From Octopus vulgaris (lineage: Eukaryota), in NCBI GenBank assembly GCA_951406725.2, contig OX597817.1, positions 25,048,001 to 25,112,000 on the forward strand: a stretch of 64,000 nucleotides of DNA, written 5' to 3'. Within the stretch, counting starts at the first letter, position 1, and each line of letters begins with the position of its first letter. Positions 39,969-53,737 of the stretch are shown piece after piece. The position numbers and the translations under genes are program-made. Under the pieces are notes generated by a model. The model made no database searches, was not told where the DNA came from, and saw only the letters and a program-made list of their open reading frames with translations.

Positions 39969-40380
39969 TGAACGTGACAGCCCTAGGAAGCATCGACGCC
40001 TCCTGATGGCTTTGACACATTTTTCCTGTGTCCTTATATACATTTACGAAGGGGAGACAAATACCCCCAGCCGCGAGGCAGATATCAACAGCTGACCGGC
40101 GTCTGCTAGTCTAGACTGACGAAGGACAATGATCCTGAAACACGCGTGTCTCTAGATGCAGCCCTGGTGGCTGGGGGTATTTGTCTCCCCTTCATAAATG
40201 TATATAAGGACACAGGAAAAATGTGTCAAAGCCATCAGGAGGCGTCGATGCTTCCTAGGGCTAAACAGCGGTGGTGTACCCCCCCTACTGTCACATTCAT
40301 GTAAGATTGACAGTATACAACCATTCAATCGCCCCACCACTGTACATGTCTCTACGAGAGATTTAGAAATTTAGTATTTC
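39969..40380 (+). mobile_element. Fold-back insertion (PLE pLTR-like) with 11-bp TSD, carrying a hammerhead
   Basis: 94-bp arms 39979-40072 and 40169-40262 (one mismatch seen); TSD CAAATACAACA at 39958-39968 and 40381-40391. Confidence 0.88.
40103..40161 (+). ncRNA. Type I hammerhead ribozyme, canonical core, minimal palindromic stem III
   Basis: TCTAGA-CTGACGA-AGGA(caatga)TCCT-GAAA-CACGCGTG-TC^TCTAGA; GUC cleavage site after 40150; stem I extends CTGC/GCAG across a bulge. Confidence 0.88.
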
Positions 40381-40485
40381 CAAATACAACAGCGATCTGC
40401 ATAATCACACCTGAATCTTCCAGAACATATTAAGAATGAATAGACATATTATAGTTTAGATTCTTAGTGTTTAGTATACACTTAA

Positions 40486-40706
40486 ACCTTTCGTTACCAA
40501 CCCGGATGAAACCAGCTCTAGCTCTTTAGTATAAATGTCTTGTTTGCATAAGTTTTGAATTCAAATCTTCCACCAAATCTTAGTTAAAATTTATGTTCCT
40601 AACACTAGCTTAATGATAACGAAGTTAATTTACTAAATTCTTTGTTATATTTAAAATAATTGAAAGAAACACAGAGCATCTCAAAATAAATACAGTAATG
40701 AAAGTC
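40486..40706. mobile_element. piggyBac MITE, second copy
   Basis: Homologous to 34765-34983; TTAA on both sides. Confidence 0.8.
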
Positions 40707-41293
40707 TTAATGTATTGTTAACAGTTTGTTAAACTTTTGAAGGCTTCAGCTAATTATTTGTTTTCTAAATTCTATAAACAAGAGACACTGCTCTCATTTT
40801 GATTCATCACTTTGACTGAAGAGACACACAACGATGTCTCAAAACCACCTTACATCAATGGATGATGTGTGTTATATGCACGCATTGTCTAAAGGATGGA
40901 GATGTTCTCTGAAGACAAAAGGCAGAAGTGACCAGCATATTCAAGTTTGTATCTGCCAGAACATTTTAAGCACAAAGAGATATGTATTGCAATGGAATAT
41001 TGAAGAAAAAGGTGGATAAATAGCACAAACATGCAGTACATAAGAAAAGCATCATCTAATGTCTGTTGAGGCCCAAATTAAAATGTTTGATTTATCTGAT
41101 TTGTACATATCCCAGCCAAATTAATCTTTTTGGGGATTTCACTGCATCTGTAAATAAGATAAAAGGTATACTAAAGTTCTCTATTTGTGATTGTCAGAAA
41201 AAGTAGCTATCCTGATAGATTTTGACCAAATTTCCAATTTTCGAATAGCTATTTGTAGAGATACTGCAGAGATAATTATTTGTAGAGATTTAT

Positions 41294-41926
<633 letters not shown>

Positions 41927-42074
41927 AATACTAAAATAATCAGTCAGTTGAACCTGTGAAAATATATAGTTGTTTGACTATTTTTGACCAAAGTTTATGT
42001 GTAGTATGTGACAGAAAATATTGTATTAATGAAGTAAGACTGAAAAAAATTAAATCATAATAATACAGTCCTTT

Positions 42075-42133
42075 CATCATCATCATTGTTCGACCGTGGT
42101 CGAGACAATGGAATTTACCATGCTACGCTAGAC
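42075..42133 (-). mobile_element. Very short 3' end of a second RTE-clade LINE
   Basis: Matches 57633-57693. Confidence 0.75.
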
Positions 42134-42849
42134 TTTCCTCCATCCACATCCTCACAAAATGATGGTTTAATTTATACAGATAATATTTTGAAGTCAAAAT
42201 ATATATTATAAAATTATACTTTTAAAGCTCTCAAATCTTTCCTGAACTCTATGTGTACACAACCTCCACCCCTCTCTTTCTCTCTTTATCGCTCATTCTC
42301 TCACACGCCATCTCATAGATATACATCTCAGTCAGTTTATGTATATATGTATCTATTATGTGTGTGTGTGTATATGTATACACACACAAATACACACACA
42401 CACACACAAACCCACACACACACATATATACATATATGAACAAATGTAAGGATGAGACATATATTATATAATATAATATATACATATGTCTCTCTCTCTC
42501 TCTATATATATATATATACACATACATGTACACACATGTACACACATACATACATAGAGTCTGATTATCGCTTAGCTGGTTGAGTACCCACGGCACTCTG
42601 TAAAGTGGTTGGTTTTAGGAAGGACATCCAGTAGTAGAAACGGTCAAAGCAGACATAGAATCTGGCAGAGCCCTCTAACTCATCTGTTCTTGTCAAACTG
42701 CCCAACCCATACCAGCGGGGATGAGGAGATGTTAAATGATGATGAGGAGAATGTCTGTGGATGAGTGGGTGGAGATGTTTGTGTTTGAGTGTGTGTGTGT
42801 GTGTGTGTATGTGTGTGTATATGTATCAAGATAAAATTTTAAAATATTC

Positions 42850-43608
42850 TTTTCTATTCTAGGCACAAGGCCCAAGATTTTTGGGGAGTGGGCCAGTCAA
42901 TTAGATCGACCCCAGTGCGCAACAGGTACTTAATTTATCGACCCTGAAAGGATGAAAAGCAAAGTCAACCTCGGAGGAATTTGAACTCAGAACGTTAAGA
43001 CAGACAAAATACCTATTTGTTTACTGCCCACAAGGGGCTAAACACAGAGGGGACAAACAAGGACAGACAAATGGATTAAGTTGATTACATCGACCCCAGT
43101 GCGTAACTGATACTTAATAATTTATTGACCCCGAGGGGATGAAAGGCAAAGTCGACCTCGGTGGAATTTGAACTGAGAATGTTAAGACAGGTGTGGTAAG
43201 TAGTTTGTTTACCAACCACATGGTTCCGGGTTCAGTCCCACTGCGTGGCACCTTCTACTATAGCCTCGGGCCAACCAAAGCCTTGTGAGTGGATTTGGTA
43301 GACGGAAACTGAAAGAAGCCCGTCATATATATGTATATATATATATATATGTGCGTATGTGTGTTTGTGTGTCTGTGTTTGTCCCCCTAGCATTGCTTGA
43401 CAAGCGATGCTGGAGTGCTTATGTCCCCGTTTCTTAGCAATAGAATAAGTACTGGGCTTTCAAAAGAATAAGTCCCGGGGTCGAGTTGCTTGATTAAAGG
43501 TGGTGCTCCAGCATGGCCGCAGTCAAATGACTGAAACAAGTAAAAGAGTAAAAGAGAGAGAGTAAGCATTTTGCCCGGTGTGCTAACATTTGTGCCAGCT
43601 CACCGCCT
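42850..43608 (-). mobile_element. Dimeric SINE family B split by a plus-strand family A copy (43192-43563)
   Basis: Family B head resumes at 43565-43608. Confidence 0.85.
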
Positions 43609-44599
43609 TAAAATAATATCAGCACGTTACGTAATTTAATTTTCAGGTAGTTGATTTTGTGCTGCTTTCCCAAAATGTATCTTAGAGATATATACTCTCT
43701 CTCTCTCTAATGTTGTGCTGTAAACTGACACCTATTGTAGTTAAACAGTACTTATAACTGTCTTTTATTATACTTATACTTGTATGTCTATGTATGTGTT
43801 TCTGTTTTCATATATATATATGTAAATGTGTATATTATATTATGTCTATTAAGATTGGTCTTTCATTTGGTAACTTTTGTTAGCAAGCTAAAATTCAGTT
43901 TTTGAAATTCTACTGGTTATTATTTCAATAAGTTGATCAGTGTAATTAATGCAAATATAGCGTCATTAGCATTGTTTCTTGGTGATTAAAAATGATATTG
44001 TTTTCTGCATCAATGCATAAGCTGTGAGTATATTTCTGACCTTATAGAGTGAAAAAAACTAAATAAGCAAATAAACAGGAATTGAAAACCAAAATATAAG
44101 TAAAAGCTGTATAATGAATCAATAAATAAAAATTATAAATTTAAGGAGAGAGAAAGCATATAATACAATGAAACATGATAAAACGAAACCAACTACATAA
44201 AATGATCATGATGTTTCTGCTTGATGCAGAAAAGTTGCCAAAAGCAATAATCAATAAAAATTGGCTCTACTAGTTTTTTATAAAATAGTTTGTAATCAGC
44301 ATATGAGGTATATAGGCCATGATTGTAGAAAATATTTTAAAATAGAATAAAAAAAATAATAATAAAAGGTAACAAATAAAACATTAAAAGGTTATATTTT
44401 GTCTCCACAAAATAGTTGAATTTCAGAATGATAACTTACTGAAATGCTATGTAACTGGTTTATAAATCAAATGGTCTATAGATTATATTTTGGTATTAAC
44501 ATCACACTGTCTCTCAGATAAAATCTCTTATTTCACAATGTTCTAGTTCTTGTTGGTTTATATAGATTTCACTGTAAACATTGACTCTTGTGCCTTATT

Positions 44600-44900
44600 C
44601 CATCTGTCTCTTGTTGTTGAAAACACTGCTATAAAAGCTATGTTATGGCTCTTGAAATCAATAAAGGTTTCTGCTGTGTGTGGCATACTTGGTAGGTTTT
44701 GTGAGCATCTTTTTCTGTGATCTGTGCCCATCAGTAATAATCTAGACAGAAATCATTTTGACGTAACTACATGGAGCATTGGTCTTTTCAATCTCCATTC
44801 TTTGAATTCAGGTATATCACAAGGCATAGCTATATCACCTTTCCTCTACTTTTCCAAGATTAATTACTTTACTGTTGCTTATTACTGCATACACACCTCT
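44600..44900 (+). mobile_element. Decayed CR1-like LINE RT fragment
   Basis: MALEINKGFCCVWH and NSGISQGIAISPFLY resemble RT motifs ALDISKAFDRVWH and SGVPQGSVLSP. Confidence 0.6.
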
Positions 44901-45699
44901 GTAGGTAAAACCAACCGGAATTCTAATTTGAATAATTAACACATTGTGCTGCATATATTAGTTTCACATTTTGGCACAAGTCCAGCAATTTTAGGGACAA
45001 GTATGTCAATTACATTGACTCCTGAGTTCAACTTATATTTATTTGATCAACCCCGATATTAATTTGATATCAGTAAATTTGAACTCAGAAAGTAAGGATG
45101 GACAAAATACTGCTAAGTGCTTTGCCCTGCCAGCTTGCTGCCTTCTTGTGCTACATATAATGAAACAAAAAAAAAAAAAAAATGGCTTAAGAGTTCGAAA
45201 ATTTTCAGTGTTCATTGTATGGCATGATATCTTGAATTCAATTCTAAAACTTCAGTGACTATAATCTCTATATATTTGTATGTTTGAATTCAAGAAATGA
45301 AATGATTTATGAAAAAGATTTGTTGCAAATTGTCATTGTATTAGAATCAGGTTAGTTAAAATATTAGTATAAGAGCAGAAAGAAATTGTACACCTATCAA
45401 AGAATTGCTGTCTCCAGTAGAATGATACTCGATAATTTTTGGTTCTGAATTTGTTTCTGTGAATATGTTTAGATTACAGTTAGTTTAGAACAAATAAATT
45501 TCCTTTCAGCTTGTATTCTAAATAGTATAATGTAAATATTTAGCCACACATTCAAGTCTCATGGGACTTGAATGAGCGGGTAGACCATTAATTTCTGATT
45601 CACTGGTACAAACATACACACACACACACATACAAGTATATTTTAATACATATATGTGTGTAGACATATGCATATGTATGTAAATGTCTGTGTGTATAC

Positions 45700-45895
45700 A
45701 TATAGGGAGAATTAACAAAAACAACAAAAGACAAAGATAGATGGTGTAGACAACAGACAGATGTATAAGTATAATGCTCGAGAAGTGAAAAAGTCTTTAA
45801 TGTTTCGAGCCTATGCTCTTCCACAAAAGGAACACAGAAAGAAACAAGGAAAGAAAATAAAGAATGTGTAGTGGCTAGTGATCTATCATGCCGAT
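45700..45895 (-). mobile_element. PLE pLTR-like unit with degenerate hammerhead (45795-45830)
   Basis: Minus strand CCTTTTGTGGA-A-GAGC(atag)GCTC-GAAA-CA-TT-AAAG; homologous to 54975-55120. Confidence 0.6.
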
Positions 45896-45955
45896 ATATT
45901 GTGTATACATGTATATATATACATACATATATATATATATGTATATGTGTGTGTG

Positions 45956-46590
45956 ATTGAGAGGAATGTGGTTGACAGGAAAGGGACCTGGGCTGAGCTT
46001 TGGAAAACTGAGCCTCACCACATTAAATTCCTCATCCAGGCAGTGTACGATGTGCTTCCAAACCCATCGAACCTGCACACATGGGGCATAACAGAGACAC
46101 CAGCATGCACGTTGTGTTCCAAGCAAAGAACTCTGGAACACATTCTCAGCAGCTGCACAGGGGCATTTGGAGAAGGACAGTATTGCTGGAGGCATGACCA
46201 AGTCTTAAGGCCATCAGCACAGGACTTCTGTGGGTGAAGTGGTTCTGACCCTCCAAGAAAACCATTGCCTTTGTCAGAGCTGGGAAACAGCCAACCCCTG
46301 CAAGACATCAACAGTCATTCTGCAAGGGACTGGCAGTCACTGGTGAATCTTGACCGTCAGCTGAAGTTCCCTGGCCACATTGTCCTCGTGTCTGAGTCCA
46401 CCAAGCAAGTGGTGTTGCTGGAGCTGACTGCCCCATGAGAAGATCGCATGGAAGAAGCTTTTGAGAGAAAGCTCTCCAAGTACACAGGTATGGTCAGTGA
46501 ATGCCAGCAGGCTGGTTGGAGAGCAAGGTATCTCCCAGAGGAGGTTGGATGCAGGGGTTTCGCAGCCTGTTCTCTGACCAGAACCATGTC
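45956..46590 (+). mobile_element. HERO/R2-like non-LTR retrotransposon C-terminus (CCHC knuckle plus RLE), frameshifted
   Basis: IKFLIQAVYDVLPNPSNL...CTLC...TLEHILSSC...WRHDQVL; VVLLELTAP; MEEAFERKLSKY...EVGCRGF. Confidence 0.85.
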
Positions 46591-46594
46591 TCTC

Positions 46595-47920
46595 TCCCCA
46601 ACAATAATAATCTGCATGATCTGTAGAAAAGGTGTAGGTAGATGCCCCTGGTGTGAGCTTTGGACACATAAAAGGTGCAGCAATATCAGAGGAAGGTTAA
46701 CAGGGAAACCAGCTTTTGTATGTGGAAGATGCACAAGTACAATAAACACTGAAAAATGTACAGAAAATAGACTTCATTAACTGCCAGGGGGCAAGCTAGA
46801 GGTAGTAGATAGCTTCTATTATCTAGGTGACCAAGTTAGTAGTGGAGGTGGATGCTCCAAGAGTATAGCTGTGAGAATATGATTAGGCTGGGCAAAGTTC
46901 AAGAGCTCCTACCCCTTCTGGGAACAAAGGGCCTCTCTCTCAGAATGTAAAGTAGATTGTATGATGCCTGCATGTGAACAGCTATGCTACATGGCAGTGA
47001 AACATAGGCTGTGGCAACTGAGGACATGTGTAGGCTTGAAAGAGATGAAACCAGTATGCTTTGCTGGATGTGCAATGCCAGTGTGCATGTTCGACAGAGT
47101 CTAAGTATTTTGAAAGAAAAAATAGGCATAAGAGGCATCCAATGTCGTGTGTAAAAGAAACGGCTGTTCTGGTATGGTCATGTGATGTGTATGGACGAAA
47201 CAGTTGTGTAAAGCGGTGCGGTGCCGATCTCTAACTGTAGAGGGAACCTGTGGTAGAGGTAGACCCAGGAAGACATGGGACAAAGTAGTGAAGCATGATC
47301 TTCGAACTTTGATCCTTACTGTGGCAGTGACAAATGACCGAAACCTTTGGCAATATGCTGTGCTTGAGAAAATCTGTCAAGCCAAGGGAAATCGTAGTCT
47401 TGACTAATGTTGGTGTCACATAACTGGCACCAATGCTGGTGGCATGTAAAGAGCACCATTGGATTGTTTGATCTCACAAAGGCAAAGTGGTTGAGTTCCT
47501 TTGAGCATTGGGCCTCATGGAGTCAAAGTGGTCAAGTTCCCTTCAAGTGTTGGGCAGCATGGAGGCAAAGTGACCAAGTTCCTTTCGAGCATTGGGCCTC
47601 ACAGAGGCAATTACCAAGACCTTTGGCATTGTGTTATGCTTGAGAAGAAGATCAGTCAAGTCGAGCAAAATCACAGTCGTGGAAGACACCAGTGTCACAC
47701 ATATGGCACACATGCTGGTGACACATAAAGCACTCATTACAGTCTCAGAGTGGTTGGCATTAGGAAGCACATCCAGACATAGAAAACCATGCCAAATATA
47801 ACTGGAGTCTGGTGCAGCCTTCCAGCTTATGAGCTCTGGTCAAACCATCCAACCCATGCCAGCATGGACAATGGACTTTAAATGATTATGCTGATGATGA
47901 CGATGTTGATGATGATGATG
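46595..47920 (+). mobile_element. RTE LINE 3' portion (Cys-rich insert, RT C-terminus, 3' UTR, (GAT)n tail)
   Basis: CMICRKGVG...WTHKRCSNI...CGRC; LEVVDSFYYLGD; MLHGSET; VEGTCGRGRPRKTW. Confidence 0.88.
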
Positions 47921-47929
47921 AATAGCAAG

Positions 47930-48531
47930 CATTCTGCACAGTTGGTTGGATAGAGACAAAGTGCCTAAACACAATCCAAAAAATAGTATTCACCAAAATA
48001 AGCTTATGGTGTCTGTTTGGTGGTCCAGCACTGGTGTCATCCACTACAGCTTCATGAGACCTGTTGAGTCAATTACAGCAGATGTGTACATGGATGAAAT
48101 GATGAGTGAACTTGCAATTAAACAACCAAGATTGGTCAACAGAGACAGGTCAATTCTCTTGTAAGACAATGCTCAAATACATGTTGCACAAGGAATGCTA
48201 CTCTAGTTACAGGAACTAAGCTTGGAAGTACTCTGTCATCCACCATATCCATCAGACCTTGTGCCAACTATCACATTTTCCAGATATTAGACAACGTCTT
48301 GCAAGTAAAAAAATTGAAATCTGAAGAAGATCCCAAAACAAACTTTCAGGATTTTATCAGCTCCTGCTTTCCAGAATTCTTTGCTGCTGGCCTAAATAAG
48401 ATACCAATAAATTGGCAAAACTGTGTTGATAATTTAGATGCATACTTTGATTAACTGCATTGCTTTTTGTTGAGATTAAGTGAAGTAAACTTTCAGTTCA
48501 AAATGGGACATTTCACTCTTCATGACCTGAT
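47930..48531 (+). mobile_element. Mariner transposase 3' half and right TIR, inactive
   Basis: KLMVSVWWSSTGVIHY, ILL*DNAQIH, HPPYPSDLVP, WQNCVDNLDAYFD*; ends CATGACCTGATA. Confidence 0.9.
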
Positions 48532-48558
48532 ATATGTGTATATAATACATAATGTATA

Positions 48559-48590
<32 letters not shown>

Positions 48591-49422
48591 CATATATTAT
48601 CATCATTATCGTCATCATCATCATCATTATCCTCATCATCATCATCTTTTAGCATCCTTTTCCATGCTGGCATGGGTTGGACATATATGTATATCGATAG
48701 TGATATAAGCATATATATATATATATATATATATGCTTGTGTGTATATACACACACATACACATACCTACACACACATATATGTATATATGTATATGCAT
48801 ATACACATATATATGACGCACTCTATAAAGTGGGCAGTGTTGGGAGGGACATACAATCATAGAAACCAAATTGAAAATAATATGCTGTCACATAAAATAT
48901 CTGAGCAGCACCTCAGAGTATGTATGAACACTGTTGTGATTCCTCCACCTTACTCTATCATGGAATTTTGGATGTAAATGAGGATAGTGAAACTTATATA
49001 GATTTGCATTAATGTGTGTGATATGAGCAAGTGAAGAATTTTTGCCATGCACAAAGCAGTGCTTTTTTATTCATTTAATTCTAGCTCAATCAACTTTACT
49101 AAACATCAGCCAACAATTAGTGTGACTGTTAATAATTCAGGCTGTGAATGATAGATTTAGATTCCCCAGCTGACAAACTGGAACAGCACAAAAATGCATG
49201 TGTCCTTTAATCCAATATTATCAATTACAGTCCCAAAAATATGCTTTTACATATGTCTAAGTGGATAATTTCTCCCAAGGCTACCTCCACAGTGAAGGGT
49301 CTTATCAAGTTTGAATAAACACAAACATGATAAATATGACTTTACAGGAATATTTTTTTCTTTCAGTGCTGCTTCCTGTGATATTATGTATATATGTGTG
49401 TGTATGTGCTTGGTATGTGTGA

Positions 49423-49454
<32 letters not shown>

Positions 49455-49465
<11 letters not shown>

Positions 49466-49639
49466 AGGAAATGAAGAAAATGCTGACAAAATAATTTAAG
49501 TAAGGGAGAGTGTATTTAATTAGGTGAAAGTTCTTTTTACCTAATTAAATACACTCTCCCTTACTTAAATTATTTTGTCAGCATTTTCTTCATTTCCTTT
49601 TTTTATATATCACAACTCGTGTTCCACATCTCCTTTTTT

Positions 49640-49640
<1 letters not shown>
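49455..49640 (+). mobile_element. Fold-back insertion in (TA)n
   Basis: 63-bp perfect arms 49463-49525 and 49539-49601, then a short unique tail. Confidence 0.7.
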
Positions 49641-49680
<40 letters not shown>

Positions 49681-49682
<2 letters not shown>

Positions 49683-49839
49683 TCATCGTTTAACGTCTGT
49701 TTTCCATGCTAGCATGGGTTGGATGGTTCGACCAGGATCTAGGAAACCAGAAGGCTGCACCAGGCTCCGGTCTGATCTGGCAGTGTTTCTACAGCTGGAT
49801 GCCCTTCCTAATGCCAACCACTCCGTGAGTGTAGTGGGT
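49681..49839 (-). mobile_element. RTE 3' tail
   Basis: Matches family; an older plus-strand copy follows at ~49915-50070. Confidence 0.8.
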
Positions 49840-50071
49840 CACATGAACAACAATGAAAATTATGAGAAAGATATAGTATATAATTTTTTTTTTGTGCAGG
49901 GTTTCCTTGCGAGGACTCTCTGTAAAGTGGTTGACATTAAGAAGGACATCAAGTGGTAGAAACCATGCCAAAATGAGCAACTGAGACTAGTGCTGCTCTC
50001 CCAGCCATGCCAGCTCCAATCGAACCATCTAGCTCATGTCATCTTGGAAGAGGAGACATTAAATGAAGACA

Positions 50072-50128
<57 letters not shown>

Positions 50129-50993
50129 TATACATATATATATACATACACACACACACATATATATATACACACATACACACACACATCAGCAGAAATA
50201 CTATAAAAGAAATACGTTACATCCAGACATAGAACTGATATGGTTATATTGCATAAGCTATGAAAAATCATTTCAAAGAATTTCATCATCTAACTCTTTT
50301 TTATTTTTTTATGGTTTCCAAAAATTATATTCCTGTTGAACAGTTAAAAATAAATCACAAAAGAATAAAAAAAAAAAAGAATAGATGAATACGCATTTTG
50401 AAAACTGGCTGGAGGTAAGATAGCGTGGAATGTTGATTATTGACTAGTTTATAGTAAAAAAGTATCTGTCAGATTTACATTTCACTTTTATGCGTAAAGT
50501 AGCAGAGATTAATAGGTAACATTTTGAGAATACCCACTCACAATGAATTTGTAACACCAAGTTATTTCTAAAGGAAATGATGCTCATTTTATCTTTTATG
50601 TGTTTTCCATTATAGGGCTGCAGCAATGCTGGGGCACCGTCTTGAAGGGTTTAGTTGAACGAGTCAACCCCTGTATATTTTTGAAACCCTTTCTGACCTT
50701 TCTTGCCCATATGCTAAGTTACAATAACATAAACAAACCCACACCGTTTATCAAGACTGTGGTGGGAGGAAAACACAAACACATAGATGTATATATACAC
50801 ATATACATATATATATACATATATATATATATATGTATATATGTATATGTGTATATATTTATATGTATATGATGGCCTTCTTTAAGTTTCGATCTACCAA
50901 ATTCATTCACAAGTCTTTAGGGCTATAGTAGAAGACACTTTCCCATGGTGCCATAATGAACCTAGAACTATGAGGTGGGAATCAAGCCTCTTA

Positions 50994-51400
50994 TTTCTTC
51001 ATTGCCCACAAGGGGCTAAACATAGAAGAGACAGACAAAGGGATTAAGTCTATTAGATCGACCCCAGTGCATAACTGGTACTTAATTTATCGACCCCAAA
51101 AGGATGAAAGTCAAAGTCGACTTTGGCGGAATTTGAACTCAGAACGTAGCGGCAGATGAAATACCTATTTCTCTACTACCCACAAGCGGCTAAACACAGA
51201 GAGGACAAACAAGAACAGACAAATGGATTAAGTCGATTATATCGACCCCAGGGCATAACTGGTACTTAATTTATAGACACCGAATGGATGAAAGGCAAAG
51301 TCGACCTCAGTGGAATTTGAACTCAGAATGTAATGGCAGACGAAATACCGCTAAGCATTTCGCCTGGTGTGCTAATGTTTCTGCCAGCTAACGTTCCCTG
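50994..51400 (-). mobile_element. Dimeric SINE family B inserted in an old family A copy
   Basis: TSD CAAGCCTCTTA at 50983-50993 and 51401-51411. Confidence 0.88.
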
Positions 51401-51505
51401 CAAGCCTCTTACCACACAACCACACCTGAGCCCATTCACAGCTATGCCATTGCCTAACTAGTTATGAATTTATAGAGACATCAGCATGACATATATTGAA
51501 TGCTG

Positions 51506-51850
51506 CGTGCTGGCAGACTTGTTAGCGTGCCGGGCGAAATGCTTAGCGGTATTTCATCTGTCGTTACGTTCTGAGTTCAAATTCCGCCAAGGTCGTCTTT
51601 ACCTTTCATCCTTTCAGGGTCGATAAATAAAGTACCAGTTTCGCACTGGAGGCGGGGTCGATGTAATCGACTTAATCCCTTTGTCTGTCCTTGTTTGTCC
51701 CCTCTATGTTTAGCCCCTTGTAGGCAATAAAGAAATAAGAGGCTTGATTCCCACCTCATTTTTCTAGGTTCATTATGGAATCAACTTAATCCCTTTGTCT
51801 GTCCTTGTTTGTCCCCTCTATGTTTAGCCCCTTGTGGGCAATAAAGAAAT
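51506..51850 (+). mobile_element. SINE family B containing captured flanking DNA
   Basis: TSD ATATATTGAATGCTG at 51491-51505 and 51851-51865. Confidence 0.88.
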
Positions 51851-52559
51851 ATATATTGAATGCTGTGAGCAATTTAAACCGGAAACTCTCTTTCTTCATC
51901 CGATTTAACCTAATCTAATTTCTTCTGGGAGAAAAACAGTGAAAAAGAAAAAAATCAACCCTTATATTAAATTGTTTTGTTTTTTTTATTGACCATAAAT
52001 AGATGAAGGGGAGAGCTGTCTTTGGTGGGATTTGAACTCACAGTTAAGGGAATCAGAAAGAAAGACCATTAGATATTCTATCTGACACTCTAATGAATTT
52101 GCTAATGTTATTCTCAATTTAAATTTTCAGGTTGTTGTGCTTATTTAAGAGTAGCCTGTCTTAAAAATTTTTGTTCCATTTGATTTTGTATAGCCATCGA
52201 AATTGAAATTAGTATCATGACATTATTTAAGTAACAAAGGTTAATAAAAATAATAAAAATAAAATGGAAAATAAAAATTAGAATGCACACAATTTAGGAA
52301 ATACAATAAGTAACTTGTTGAAGTGAAATAAATCTCAGACAGTTAATTGTTTGTGAGAAACTTGTTGAAACATCATGTCAACAAAAATCAGACTTACAGT
52401 TTTTGTTAATGTTGTTGTTAAATAGCCTCAGAGAGTTAAGGTGTTGTAATGATGTAATGGATTTAACTATTTATATTGAAAAAGCAGCTCTTTTCATTAA
52501 ACCCAAGGAAAAATACATATACAGATGATGAAACAATTGATGAATGGTACATGTGCATA

Positions 52560-52564
<5 letters not shown>

Positions 52565-52595
<31 letters not shown>

Positions 52596-52781
52596 TGTAT
52601 GTATGTATGTATGTATGTATGTATGTATGTATGTATGTATGTATGTATGTATGTATGTATGTATGTATGTATGCATGCATGCATGTATGTATGTATGTAT
52701 GTATGCATGTATGTATGTATGTTTTTATGTATGTATGTATGTATGTATGTATGTATGTATGTATGTATGTATGTATGTATG
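52565..52781. repeat. (TATG)n microsatellite
   Basis: Read directly from sequence. Confidence 0.98.
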
Positions 52782-53029
52782 TCTCTCTGTCTCTGTCTCT
52801 CGCGCTCTCTCTCTCTCCCTATATTTATATATATAGGTGAGTTTGGAGGAATATATCTGGTCAGATACCGTATTAGTTATCAGTGAACTTCTAGTTAAAC
52901 AGCTAACCACAATGATCAGTGTGATCAGTATTTAACATCTGTGACTACAATTTCTTGTTATTCATTCTGTGAATTCTTCCAATGGTTAATTCCTTGTACA
53001 CTTCGCTGGATGATAAAAATTATCTGGAG

Positions 53030-53737
53030 TATGCCTCTGGAGATATGCTGTTACTGTGAAGACTTGACAAATGAAGTGAGGTCATGGTTTGCAGGATGGC
53101 CTGCTGTGCTTACCTTGGATCGTAGGGTGACCTGCTGTGCTTCAGGAAACCTATTGAGTCAAGTGCATCAACATCAAAATAAAAATCAAATGGATATTGT
53201 GGTTATGATACCCGTGCCCGGTGGCATGTTTGACCTCACAGAGGAAATGACAAAAGACCGAGACATGAGATATGCTGAAGTGAGTTCATGGCTTGCAGGA
53301 CGGCCTGCTGTGCTAACCTTGGATCGTAGAGTGACCCACTGTGCTTGAGGAGCCCTATTGAGTCAAGTACGTCAACATCAACATCAAAATAACAATCAAA
53401 TGGAAATTTGATTTATGGTGGCACGTAAAAAGCACCACCCAAACGTGGCTGATGTCAGTGCCTCTTGACTGACGTCCGTGTCAGTGACACGTAAAAAACA
53501 ACCAACTGATCGTGGCCATTTGCCAGCCTCCTCTACCCACTGTGCTGGTGGCATGTAAAAAGCACCCACTACACTCAGGGAGTGGTTGGCGTTAAGAAGG
53601 GCATCCAGCTGTAGAAACACTGCCAGATCAGACTGAAGCCTGGCGCAGCCTCCTGGCTTCCCGGACCCCAGTCGAACCATCCAACCCATGCTAGCATGGA
53701 AAACGGATGTTAAACAATGATAATGATGATGATGATA
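53030..53737 (+). mobile_element. Two tandem RTE 3' ends
   Basis: 53035-53225 is repeated at 53240-53410, followed by a full tail. Confidence 0.85.
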
